DNA of 26,812 bases from Verrucomicrobiota bacterium (GTDB lineage Bacteria > Verrucomicrobiota > Verrucomicrobiia > Limisphaerales > CANJXF01). The position numbers and the translations under genes were made by a program. This document shows, one piece after another, positions 8,473-17,409 of the stretch. Location of the stretch: NCBI GenBank assembly GCA_038214755.1, contig JBBQRQ010000069.1:1-26812 (forward strand). The letters are read 5' to 3'. Position 1 is the first letter of the stretch. Every line of letters starts with the position of its first letter. Below the pieces are notes generated by a model, which saw only the letters and a program-made list of their open reading frames with translations, was not told where the DNA came from and did no database searches.

Positions 8473-10623
8473 TTATTGTTCGTTGAATCGTTGCAAAGTC
8501 ATCAGCATCGCGACCATCCCGCGCACGCGCGTGTCGTAGATGTTGTTCGCCACATTGCTCGGCGTGAGCAAATTGAACGGCGAGGAATTCGCTCCGGTGT
8601 CATCGGTGTTCAGGTAGTTCATCGCGATGGTGCGATACTCATCGAGGCTCGCCTTTCCTTCGCCGGGATAAAGCAATCCGAGAAATAAATCCGCGACTTT
8701 GCCCGCGTCCTTCTGGTCGGCCAAAACCGGGAGGCGCAATCGCAGCAACGTGACTGGATCGGTAAGATTTTTTGTGAGAAAAATGTTGTCATCATTTTTT
8801 CCGGTCACGCCGGTGGCGAGCAGCAGCGATTGAATGTAACGAATTCTTTCCGCCAAAGTCCCGGCGCTGATCCATCCAGAGCCGGCCTCGGGATAACCAT
8901 CGGGATCGCTGCGATTAAAAAGAACCATGCCGCCCATGCGCGCCATCGGTGATGCCGTTCCCTGAACTTGCGGGCCGCCTGCGCTCTGCACCAAACCGTA
9001 ACCATCGGTTGATGCAGTAAAGCTGCCCATCATCCCGCTTCCATTTGTGCTGGTGCGAATGGCGCGAATGGCGCTGACCGAAAATTCAAATGGCGTTTTT
9101 ACTTTCTGCGCATTCCCGCCGTTGCCGCGAAAAAGCGCCGAGTTAAAAATCGTGGCGAGCACCGGACGAAGCTGGCCGCCATTGGCTTCCCACGCAGCCA
9201 TGCAGGCTTTCACCAGTTTTCCTTCCTCGCTCAGATTGGGATCGGTGAAAGTGTAGCCAGTGGAAAAATCTTCATGCACCAAGAGCCGGCAAAGTTTCAC
9301 AGAAAGAAATTCCTGCGTGAAAGGAAGATTCGCCAGATGCGCCACAACATCATAACCGTCCTGCATTCCGTTCGTCCCGGTGCGCGATGGAATATTTAAT
9401 TGATACAAACCGGGCGTGGAATTTCCTCCGTAGGTCTTCGTCGTGTAGGGCGCGCCGAATCGCGCTGGAACTATTTTGCCGCCGAAAATTGTTTTCGCAT
9501 AGGCCGCGTGATTATTGACTTTAAAATTCAATGCCCAAACGCCAACCAGATTCGTGTAAGCCGTTTTGTTGACGGCATTGGGATCGAGATAATTGGTGGT
9601 CTTCGACGCAAAAACATTAAAGGCCTGATTGGTCGCGACCATTTCCAGCGTCCAGCCCGTCCAGCAGGGAGCCATGTTCGTGATGTCGGATTGATCGTAA
9701 CCGTTGTCCACGCCCATCGTGAAAAGTTCCAGGAGTTCGCGAGAATAATTTTCGTTCGGAACGTTCGCGCCATTGCCGCGACTCGACGCGGTATCGAGGT
9801 AAATCAACATCGCCGGACTCTCCGCGCTGATCGTCAACAGATTGGAAAACGTGCCGGTGGGAGTCAACAAAACCTGCCGCCAGCGAGAAAGCTCGCGATA
9901 CTCCAGATCGGTTCCAAAACGCTGGAGCACTCCCGCCGGAAACTGAAGGCCGGCGACAAAGTTTACGTCCTTGCCGTACTGCGTCACAAAATGATTGTCG
10001 ATAAACTGCGTCAAAATTTCGTGAAGCTGCCGGTCAGCGCCCACCGCGCGAAGCGCATACCACGCGCGAAAATCAGCGATGCCCGCCGTGCCGGGTCCGG
10101 TGGTGGCAGTGGCGGAGAGCACATTCGTCGGCGTGCCAAATTTGGCGGCGATGTAATCAATATTCGTGTGAGTTAAGGAAACGTTTTCTGCAATGGTCTC
10201 CGGGTTCAATTGTTCCGTGATAAACGTGTCCAAAGAATTTGTCGCGAGCCTCGCCAACAAATCTGGTGTCGGCCCGTAAGTGAGTTTGCTCAGGATGGTC
10301 GCAGTCAAAATTGCATTGCTGCTCAACGGCGTGACTTGCAGTTGAAAAAATGCGTTGGAAGAATTTTGCGGACTCGTCCAGGTCACGCCCGAAAAAACTC
10401 CGGTCAAATCTTCAAGCCATGAATTGCTGCTCAGGTTGCCGCTCCGCAAGATTTTGAATTGGTCCGCTGAAGGATACGGCGTGAAAATAATTTGCCGTTG
10501 CGCGTTGGAAACCGTCGTGACTGACGTGATGCGCGGCGAGGGCGGGTTGCTGAAATCATCGGCGAAAAGGGAGACACTCAGCAAACTCACGAACAACGAA
10601 AGAGAAAATTTTGAGGCCTTCAT
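8473..10623 (-). CDS. DUF1800 family secreted protein (alternative start 10656)
   Basis: Motifs QLHEILTQFIDNHF, SPAMLIYLD, PNENYSRELLELFTMGV and KVKTPFE. Signal peptide MKASKFSLSLFVSLLSVSLFA. It ends 2 bp upstream of the DUF1501 gene. Confidence 0.9.
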   Translation of the reverse strand: MKASKFSLSLFVSLLSVSLFADDFSNPPSPRITSVTTVSNAQRQIIFTPYPSADQFKILRSGNLSSNSWLEDLTGVFSGVTWTSPQNSSNAFFQLQVTPLSSNAILTATILSKLTYGPTPDLLARLATNSLDTFITEQLNPETIAENVSLTHTNIDYIAAKFGTPTNVLSATATTGPGTAGIADFRAWYALRAVGADRQLHEILTQFIDNHFVTQYGKDVNFVAGLQFPAGVLQRFGTDLEYRELSRWRQVLLTPTGTFSNLLTISAESPAMLIYLDTASSRGNGANVPNENYSRELLELFTMGVDNGYDQSDITNMAPCWTGWTLEMVATNQAFNVFASKTTNYLDPNAVNKTAYTNLVGVWALNFKVNNHAAYAKTIFGGKIVPARFGAPYTTKTYGGNSTPGLYQLNIPSRTGTNGMQDGYDVVAHLANLPFTQEFLSVKLCRLLVHEDFSTGYTFTDPNLSEEGKLVKACMAAWEANGGQLRPVLATIFNSALFRGNGGNAQKVKTPFEFSVSAIRAIRTSTNGSGMMGSFTASTDGYGLVQSAGGPQVQGTASPMARMGGMVLFNRSDPDGYPEAGSGWISAGTLAERIRYIQSLLLATGVTGKNDDNIFLTKNLTDPVTLLRLRLPVLADQKDAGKVADLFLGLLYPGEGKASLDEYRTIAMNYLNTDDTGANSSPFNLLTPSNVANNIYDTRVRGMVAMLMTLQRFNEQ

Positions 10624-10672
10624 CTGCCGACATTTGAATTCTTTCTCGTTAAGCATTTATGTGTTTACGCGC

Positions 10673-10697
10673 AGAAAATTGTTAAGGGAATGTAAAA
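10673..10697 (-). promoter_or_regulatory. Putative OmpR/CpxR-family operator TTTTACATTCCCTTAACAATTTTCT
   Basis: 23/25 identical to 13909-13933. It contains TTTAC-N6-TTAAC direct half-sites upstream of the DUF1800 gene. Confidence 0.7.
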
Positions 10698-10799
10698 AAT
10701 GGACCGCGCATCCAGTTAATCCGAATGTGACGCACTTCAAAAGCGATTTGTTATCAGCGCCCCCCAACCCGCGGCGCGTCTTAATTTCTTGCGAAATGA

Positions 10800-10872
10800 T
10801 GGAACGCCGATCTCCTGATCGGCTCGCGGCAGATGGAACCTGCCAATGCCGATTCTGGAGATCGGCGTTCCA
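10800..10872. repeat. REP-like inverted pair (GGAACGCCGATCTCC..ATCGGC)
   Basis: 10800-10823 versus 10848-10872. Confidence 0.8.
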
Positions 10873-10925
10873 TTCTCGGGAAAAGCCGTTGCCTTTGGAG
10901 GCCAGCCTACGTAATTTTTCGCGGA

Positions 10926-11186
10926 ATGAGTTTGGCCGAAATCGAAGTTGAATTGGAGAAGTTGAGTCAGGAAGAACTCCGCCGTCTCGCTCTAAAATCG
11001 TGGACAGCATTTGTGGCGAACAGAGTCTCACCCCGCCACCTCCAATGAGTGCAGGGAGGATGACCCGAAACTTTTAGCCGCATTGGATGAGGCAATTGAG
11101 CAGTCGAAGTCGAGCGAGAGAGCGTATTCGGGGAACGACGTGCGCACGCTGCTGAACCAATGGACTTCAAGGTAGGTCAGTTTTAG
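10926..11186 (+). pseudogene. Frameshifted small antitoxin-like gene plus the stub of a coupled toxin gene
   Basis: MSLAEIEVELEKLSQEELRRLALKSW continues in the +1 frame as NECREDDPKLLAALDEAIEQ...SGNDVRTLLNQWTSR* (stop 11175). An overlapping ATG at 11160 gives MDFKV and then stops at a REP. Confidence 0.6.
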
Positions 11187-11333
11187 CGCAGGATTGCATC
11201 CTGCCGTATCGCAGTTTTCAACCTGCGGGATGTCGCGAGAACGGGAGACCTTCGGAAACCAGAGACTTTCCTGGGTTGCGACATTCAGCCGGTTTCAAAC
11301 CGGCGATACGGCAGGATGCAATCCTGCGCTACG
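11184..11333. repeat. GTAG-type REP inverted pair (TAGCGCAGGATTGCATCCTGCCGTATCGC)
   Basis: 11184-11227 versus 11286-11333. Confidence 0.85.
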
Positions 11334-11436
11334 TTTGACCGCCACTTGAAATCACACCCATTGCGAGAAGTTTGATGTGTGGAAATTCGCTGAATAACTT
11401 GCCGTGGTGAGTTGGGTTGTGGAACGGGCTGTCCTT

Positions 11437-12975
11437 CTAATCCGCGACTGGAAGCTGAATCACAACTCGCAATCCGCAAGGTTGACGATTCTCGCAACTG
11501 ACTTTTCCGCCGCACGATTCGATGCAAGTTTTCACGATGGAAAGTCCCAAGCCGACTCCGCCCGTTTCGCGCGAACGCGAACTATCAATGCGATAAAACG
11601 GATCGAAGACTTGCGCGATGGCTTCCGCTGGAATTCCCGCGCCGCAATCTTCGATGCTTAAAATAACGAATGCGTTTTCGCGAATGGCAGAAATCGTAAT
11701 CGGCCCAGCGTGACTCGCGTAACGAAGGGCATTGCGGAGAACATTGGCCACGGAACGCAAAAGCAATTCAGGCTCGGCGACCACTTGTAGATCTTCGGCA
11801 ATATTTATTTTAATCTCCGCTGTGTTCATGGAACCGGCTTCACGCGCGACGGCTCTCTCAATCGTCGAACGCAATGCGACCGGTTGCAGTTTGAGTTTGG
11901 ATTTTCCGAGCGACGCTTTGGAAAACGAAAGCAATTCGTTCACGAGATTCGACATGTGTTCCACTTCCTCACGCAAATCTTCGAGATAAGGATTCGGTTC
12001 GCCCTTCGACCGTTGCTCGATGATTCCGAGCGCCATTTGCATTCGCGCAATCGGCGAACACAGTTCATGCGCGATGTCGCCGAGAAAAGTTTTTTGTCCC
12101 GAGACAAATCCAGAGAGCCGCGCCGCCATTCGATTGACCGCGTCGCCGAGCGAGCCTAGTTCATCGCGACGCTTGTCTTCCACGCGAATATCGAATTGCC
12201 CTTCGGCCATCCGCTCCGTTGCATTGGTAATCCGCAAAATCGATTTCGTAATTCCGCGCACCAAAGGAAACCAAAACAGAACCGAAATCAAAATCACGGC
12301 GAGGGCGGCAACGATCCACGGCGTGAAATCGAAAAACAATCCACCGCCACTCAAAGTTTTTGAGACGGCCACCAGCGTCGCTGGCATTTGTCGTCGAAAT
12401 TCCGGCTCAGTTAAAACGGTGCGAATTAAAACCCAATAACGATTCGGGTTGGTTGTGTGCAGCATGGAGTTCTGCATGGCGAGAACCACGGGTTGCGGTT
12501 GCGGCCTCGGTTCCAACGGTCGTGGTTCCAAGGGTCTCGGTTCCATTTGAGCGCGCGGGGGTGGCGCAAACTCCGGCGGTTCCGAAAACGGAAATCGTCG
12601 CTCCGGCGGCATGCCTCGCTGCGGAGGGATTATGCCGCGCCGCTCGCGGATTTTCTCCTGAACCTTATTCGGCAACTCGACTGGAGCGCCCGCCGCTTGC
12701 ACGCCGTCATTGCGAAATAGAAAAAAATCCAGCGCATAAACTTCGCTGAAACGTTCCAGGACGGAATCCCATTCGTGGCGGGGACGTTCTCTCAACTCCG
12801 CGGTAATTAATTTTGTAATCGCTTGAATTCTCTCGCCTGCTTTTCCAGCGATCAAAGAATCCAAGCCAAATCGAAATTGCACTCGCGCCACGAAAAAAAA
12901 TATCGCGACCAAAACCAGCACGTTCAGGAAGAACCAAAATAAAATTTTCGCGTAGAGCGGGAACTTGATTTTCAT
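11437..12975 (-). CDS. Membrane sensor histidine kinase (CpxA-like; HAMP-HisKA-HATPase)
   Basis: Two TM segments, HAMP (RRDELGSLG..VN.MA), H-box DIAHELCSP, N-box NVLRNALRY and G2 GGVGLGLSIV. Confidence 0.95.
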   Translation of the reverse strand: MKIKFPLYAKILFWFFLNVLVLVAIFFFVARVQFRFGLDSLIAGKAGERIQAITKLITAELRERPRHEWDSVLERFSEVYALDFFLFRNDGVQAAGAPVELPNKVQEKIRERRGIIPPQRGMPPERRFPFSEPPEFAPPPRAQMEPRPLEPRPLEPRPQPQPVVLAMQNSMLHTTNPNRYWVLIRTVLTEPEFRRQMPATLVAVSKTLSGGGLFFDFTPWIVAALAVILISVLFWFPLVRGITKSILRITNATERMAEGQFDIRVEDKRRDELGSLGDAVNRMAARLSGFVSGQKTFLGDIAHELCSPIARMQMALGIIEQRSKGEPNPYLEDLREEVEHMSNLVNELLSFSKASLGKSKLKLQPVALRSTIERAVAREAGSMNTAEIKINIAEDLQVVAEPELLLRSVANVLRNALRYASHAGPITISAIRENAFVILSIEDCGAGIPAEAIAQVFDPFYRIDSSRSRETGGVGLGLSIVKTCIESCGGKVSCENRQPCGLRVVIQLPVAD

Positions 12976-13003
12976 TTTTGATTCCTTTGCACAACGGCAG
13001 GAA

Positions 13004-13080
13004 GGTAGGGCGCGTCACTCTGTGCGCGCCGCTCCCACTTTCCAATCGAACACGGCGCGCACGGAGTGACGCGCCCTACC
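13004..13080. repeat. GTAG-type REP inverted pair (GGTAGGGCGCGTCACTCCGTGCGCGCCG)
   Basis: 13004-13031 versus 13053-13080, with one mismatch. Confidence 0.9.
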
Positions 13081-13098
13081 AGTTGAAATTGTTCTCAT

Positions 13099-13842
13099 TT
13101 AAAAATCACTTTGCGGATCGATCAGCATGTAACCGGCGGAACGAATCGTCTTGATGAACTGCGGCGCTTTCGGATCATCGCCGAGTTTCTTGCGCAGACA
13201 GGAAATGTGGACGTCGATCGAGCGATCAAACACGTCATAGTTTCTGTCGGCCATTGCTTCGAGCAATTGCTCGCGCGTTTTGACTCGGCCTTTCGCAGAG
13301 GCAAGGCAACTGAGCAAATCAAATTCAACCGGCGTCAGCACCAACGCTTGATCTTCCAAAATGGCCACGCGTGATTCCGGGCGAACGCGCAGCGCACCAA
13401 TGACGATTTCTTCGGGCGCGGTTTGAGTTTTATTTTTTTGTGTTCCGCGACGGGTGATGGCCCGCAAGCGCGCCAGCAGTTCACGAGTGGAAAATGTTTT
13501 CGGCAAATAATCGTCCGCGCCAATTTCCAGTCCGACGATTCGGTCCGGTTCTTCGCCGCGCGCCGTCAACATCAGCACCGGAACATCGGAGGTGTGGCGA
13601 AGTTTTTTCAGCACTTCAAATCCGTCCATTCCGGGCAACATCAAATCCAGAATGATCGCGTGAAAGCTTTCGCTCAGGGCTTTTTCCAAACCGTCCGGGC
13701 CGGAATGCGCGGCCTCAACCGCGTAGCCCATCGGCTCCAAATAATCTCGGACCAGCCGGCAAAGTTTTCGGTCGTCGTCGATCATCAACACGCGAGTTTT
13801 TCCGGCGGCGGATAAAATATCGTTCTTGGTTGGATTGGCCAT
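13099..13842 (-). CDS. OmpR-family response regulator (CpxR-like); alternative start 13872
   Basis: Receiver motifs IDDD...LDLMLPGMDG and GADDYLPK, followed by the winged helix DRSIDVHISCLRKKL...IKTIRSAGY. Confidence 0.95.
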   Translation of the reverse strand: MANPTKNDILSAAGKTRVLMIDDDRKLCRLVRDYLEPMGYAVEAAHSGPDGLEKALSESFHAIILDLMLPGMDGFEVLKKLRHTSDVPVLMLTARGEEPDRIVGLEIGADDYLPKTFSTRELLARLRAITRRGTQKNKTQTAPEEIVIGALRVRPESRVAILEDQALVLTPVEFDLLSCLASAKGRVKTREQLLEAMADRNYDVFDRSIDVHISCLRKKLGDDPKAPQFIKTIRSAGYMLIDPQSDF

Positions 13843-13908
13843 TTGGATACGGGAGAAATTTCTGAATCGCACGGGGAGATTAGTCGCGGGCGGCTAAAAA
13901 GCCGCACA

Positions 13909-13933
13909 TTTTACATTTGCTTAACAATTTTCT
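13909..13933 (+). promoter_or_regulatory. Putative operator TTTTACATTTGCTTAACAATTTTCT in the divergent RR/EF-hand promoter region
   Basis: A near-identical copy lies at 10673-10697 on the minus strand. Confidence 0.7.
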
Positions 13934-14017
13934 TTGTTTAGCAAACACGGGCTTAACATCGGCGTCGTCTCATGGGTTGAACAAAGCTGGTTCATGTGAA
14001 CTGGCAACAAAGGAAAA

Positions 14018-14578
14018 ATGAAAACAAAACATATCATGATTGTTACACTGAGCGCGGGTTTGTCCGCGTTCACCTTGGCCGCGCAAGATAATGCCCGCCC
14101 AGAACATCCCCGGCCTGGCCCCCGCGAACGCGGCCCCGACGGTCCCGGGCACAAACCGCCTATGCCGCCGATTATCGGGGCGCTCGACGCCAACCACGAT
14201 GGAGTGATCTCTACCGAGGAGATCGCGAACGCTTCCGCTGCGCTCAAAACTCTGGACAAAAATGGCGATGGACAATTGACGATGGAAGAACTCCGGCCAA
14301 AACTTCCGCCAGGCGCGGGCGAACCTAAAGACGGCCCGCCACCACGCGGCCCGCGTCCCGACGGCGAAAAAAACTTTCCTCGGCCTGATGGCGACAAAAA
14401 TTTTCACCCGCCAGTTCCTCCCATCATGGCGGCGCTGGATGCGAACCATGACGGAATCATTTCCGCGGATGAAATCGCCAACGCCTCAAAGGCTCTCGGC
14501 AAGCTGGATAAAAATGGAGATGGGCAAATACAGAAAGAAGAACTGCGGCCTGAGCCTCCGCCGCGTCGGGAAAATTAA
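14018..14578 (+). CDS. Secreted Pro-rich EF-hand protein (four Ca2+-binding-type loops)
   Basis: Signal peptide, then DANHDGVISTEE, DKNGDGQLTMEE, DANHDGIISADE and DKNGDGQIQKEE. There is an internal duplication, and the RBS is AAGGA. Confidence 0.88.
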   Translation: MKTKHIMIVTLSAGLSAFTLAAQDNARPEHPRPGPRERGPDGPGHKPPMPPIIGALDANHDGVISTEEIANASAALKTLDKNGDGQLTMEELRPKLPPGAGEPKDGPPPRGPRPDGEKNFPRPDGDKNFHPPVPPIMAALDANHDGIISADEIANASKALGKLDKNGDGQIQKEELRPEPPPRREN

Positions 14579-14591
14579 TTCGTAGAAAAAC

Positions 14592-14629
14592 ACGCGCGCC
14601 GCCGAGGGTTTCGGCGGCGCGTAATTTTT
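14592..14629 (+). terminator. Putative intrinsic terminator after the EF-hand gene
   Basis: GCGCCGCCGA-loop-TCGGCGGCGC stem followed by a T-rich tract. Confidence 0.55.
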
Positions 14630-14632
14630 GTA

Positions 14633-15087
14633 CCGGGTAGGATCTGCCTCCGGCGGGTGCGAAAAGAAAATTCTTTTCGCACCCGCCGGAGGCCTTGTCA
14701 TTTTCCACATCTCCGTGTGTGTCTTCAATCCTGAAAGGATTGGTCTCACTCAGCCCAGCGTTGCGAGGAACGAGCTACGCTGGGGGAGGGGCAAAAGAAA
14801 TGTTCATCAACTCGGAACGAGTTGAATCAAATCACCCAATGAATCCCAACCGCTCAGAAATGGGATTTCGCGGCGGACGGGAATTGGAATTGGATTCAAC
14901 CTTTTCAAGGGTTGATGAATTGTGAGCCACGATCACCCAGCGTAGCTCGTTCCTCGCAACGCTGGGCTGAGTGATTTCAATCCCGTTGGGATTCAATCGT
15001 CGCAGACGACTTGGGTAATGACCAGGCCTCCGGCGGGTGCGAATAAAAAATTCTTTTCGCACCCGCCGGAGGCAAGATGCTACCCGG
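14633..15087. repeat. Composite nested palindrome (BIME/MITE-like) built from two REP families
   Basis: Outer arms 14633-14702 / 15017-15087. Inner arms 14724-14828 / 14893-14996. Confidence 0.85.
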
Positions 15088-15114
15088 AAGTTTTTGTTCG
15101 CGCTTTTTTAACTT

Positions 15115-17409
15115 TTATTTCATCAGCCGATAAAAGGCAGTCGTTCCGCTGATCGGGTCGGTCACCACGAATTTACCGTCCTGCTGCTGAACAGGCTGAT
15201 TGACCGTTCCCCAATTCGGGCTGCTCAGACTGGTAGTTTTTTGCAGCACAAATCCGACTGCGGAACTGGGCCACGAAAGAATCACATTGCTCCCGGAAAG
15301 CTGGATGCTCAGTTTTAAAGGCGGAGCGACAATTTCAAATCCGACCAGCCCGTTGTTCGCATTCAACGCGAAAACACGATTCGACGAGACGACCACTTGC
15401 CCGAAAGAATTTCCGTTGCTCTGATGATTGGTCGGAAAGTTTCCGCGGGAGAGCAAAACGGGCTGGGCGAGATTGGAGATGTCATATAACCCAACCGAGT
15501 CGGGCGTGCTGGAATCCGGCGCAAAAATTATCGCGGCCAGATATTTGTTGGTAAAATCCAGTCCCAGCGGACCAGTGACGCTTGTGAAAATATTTAGATT
15601 CGTGACCACGCTGCTTGAGTTGACCGTGAAATCGTAGGCGGACTGGACGAGCGAAGGCGGGCGGCCGTACGGTCGGCTGCGTCGCATCTGCCACAGGGTG
15701 TTTCCCGAACCAAATTGAAGGGAGCGGCCAATGCTGCCTCGCCCGTAAGACTGAGTGAAATATTGAAACACAACCCCGGAAAACAAATACTCGAAAGTGT
15801 TCAGCGTCGCATCGGTCGGAGTTAAGACCACGCCAAACAACCCTTCGTCATCATCGATCAGAACCTGCGTATTTGTGCCGCTGCCACGAACGGCCAGCAC
15901 GTCGCCCCAGCGCAGGCTGATGGTTTGAAGCGCGGGCGCGGACGGGCCAAAGACCTGGACGGGACTCGTATTGCTGTTGTCATTGGCCCAGCGATACAAC
16001 CTCCATTGCGCCGCGCTCCCGCCACCAGTGTCAGAGACATTGCAGGCGTAGATCGCGCCGTCGTCGGCCACGGCGATAGCGCTGAGAAGAATGCTGCCGG
16101 AACTGGCGATAATCGCGTCGCTGCCATCGCTGTTCGTGGTGGCCAATTGATGGAGAAATGCGCCGGTGGTTCCGTCGAGAACGTTGATCGTCAGGCCAGA
16201 CGCGGCCACAGAGAGGTTTGCTGTATTGTTTGTCCTGCTCAAAACATAGAGGTGATTCGACGGCGCGTGGTAGGCGAAGGTGCGCTGAAGATCGCCGGTG
16301 GAAATGTAAGGACGACTTCCCGGCGCGAGGCTCCACAATTGCGACAACGATGGGCGGTCGCCTGAAACCACGGCCAAGGTTGCGCTGTTGGTCGCCATCG
16401 CTGTGGCGTTGCTCATGATCACCGAATACGTTCCCGCACTCGCCGGTTGAGCGTTGGTAATAACGACTCTTGTTCCGGTCGCCCCAGGAATATCGGTTCC
16501 ATTAAATTGCCAGCGGTAACTATCGGCGCGACCCGCTCTGATTTCAAAAAGCGCTTCCACTCCCGGAGCGACACGTTGATCGATTGGCGCAATGACAACG
16601 TCCATGTCGTTTGATCTCGGAGTGACGTCCGCCCACTTTGGGCCGATCAACAAATCATCGAGGATGACCCGTTGCGGTTCGTTCGCGCTGCGATTGAAGA
16701 GAACAAAGCTGCGGATGTTCCCGAACGCGGCGCCGGCGATGGAGGTAGCATTGGCAGGAGGCGGAGACGTAGCGCCGAAAGTCGCCGGGTCAGGATTGAG
16801 CCAAAGTTGAGAGTTGTCCGCGGTGTAATCGTAACTAACGACAACGAAGACCATTTGGTTGGTCGTAAAAATATTGGTGGGGAATTGAAAGTCTCCGACC
16901 GTCCCGGAATTTTTCGACACGCCGATCTGATAGCCGATGGTCGCCCCAGTCTCATTCGTGACGGCGCGAGTGATCAATCGCGCGGCGGCGACAGTCGGAG
17001 TGGCCGTCTGCGAGCCTTGCGTATTGTTAAACGCCGCCCAAAAAACGCCGCTGGTGGAAATGCCGGTGAAATCTGTCACCTGCATGAGAAACGAATAATA
17101 AAGAGCATTCGTTCTCACCGTGTGAATGTTTGAAAATGAGAAGCGCGCGCTCGTGCCGATTCCCCCGAAGACCGCGCTATTGCCTTTGGGCGCGGGCTGT
17201 CCCGGAGACGGAAGGCTGCCCGGAAAAATGGTGGGTTGGTTGGTGAGTCCCGTGTCCGGCCCGGCTTGAAGCCAGGAAACATTTTCAAACGAATTCGCCC
17301 GACCGATCAGGTTCGTCCCGCTCGGGTAATCGAACGGCTCATAAATAGGGGCAGCGCTTGAGGACAGGATCAAAAAAGGAGCGATGAAAAAACAAACAAA
17401 AGTTTTCAT
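15115..17409 (-). CDS. Large secreted protein: N-terminal beta domain, Ig-like domain, propeller-like region and C-terminal 'FYRL' domain
   Basis: Signal peptide. Ig motif YRWQFNGTDIPGAT...ITNAQPASAGTYSV. It ends TDPISGTTAFYRLMK. Confidence 0.8.
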   Translation of the reverse strand: MKTFVCFFIAPFLILSSSAAPIYEPFDYPSGTNLIGRANSFENVSWLQAGPDTGLTNQPTIFPGSLPSPGQPAPKGNSAVFGGIGTSARFSFSNIHTVRTNALYYSFLMQVTDFTGISTSGVFWAAFNNTQGSQTATPTVAAARLITRAVTNETGATIGYQIGVSKNSGTVGDFQFPTNIFTTNQMVFVVVSYDYTADNSQLWLNPDPATFGATSPPPANATSIAGAAFGNIRSFVLFNRSANEPQRVILDDLLIGPKWADVTPRSNDMDVVIAPIDQRVAPGVEALFEIRAGRADSYRWQFNGTDIPGATGTRVVITNAQPASAGTYSVIMSNATAMATNSATLAVVSGDRPSLSQLWSLAPGSRPYISTGDLQRTFAYHAPSNHLYVLSRTNNTANLSVAASGLTINVLDGTTGAFLHQLATTNSDGSDAIIASSGSILLSAIAVADDGAIYACNVSDTGGGSAAQWRLYRWANDNSNTSPVQVFGPSAPALQTISLRWGDVLAVRGSGTNTQVLIDDDEGLFGVVLTPTDATLNTFEYLFSGVVFQYFTQSYGRGSIGRSLQFGSGNTLWQMRRSRPYGRPPSLVQSAYDFTVNSSSVVTNLNIFTSVTGPLGLDFTNKYLAAIIFAPDSSTPDSVGLYDISNLAQPVLLSRGNFPTNHQSNGNSFGQVVVSSNRVFALNANNGLVGFEIVAPPLKLSIQLSGSNVILSWPSSAVGFVLQKTTSLSSPNWGTVNQPVQQQDGKFVVTDPISGTTAFYRLMK

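Noticed and set aside
10355..11527. Several 60-200-aa ORFs across the 10.6-11.4 kb gap
   Set aside because: They translate REP hairpins or antisense sequence and show no protein-like features.
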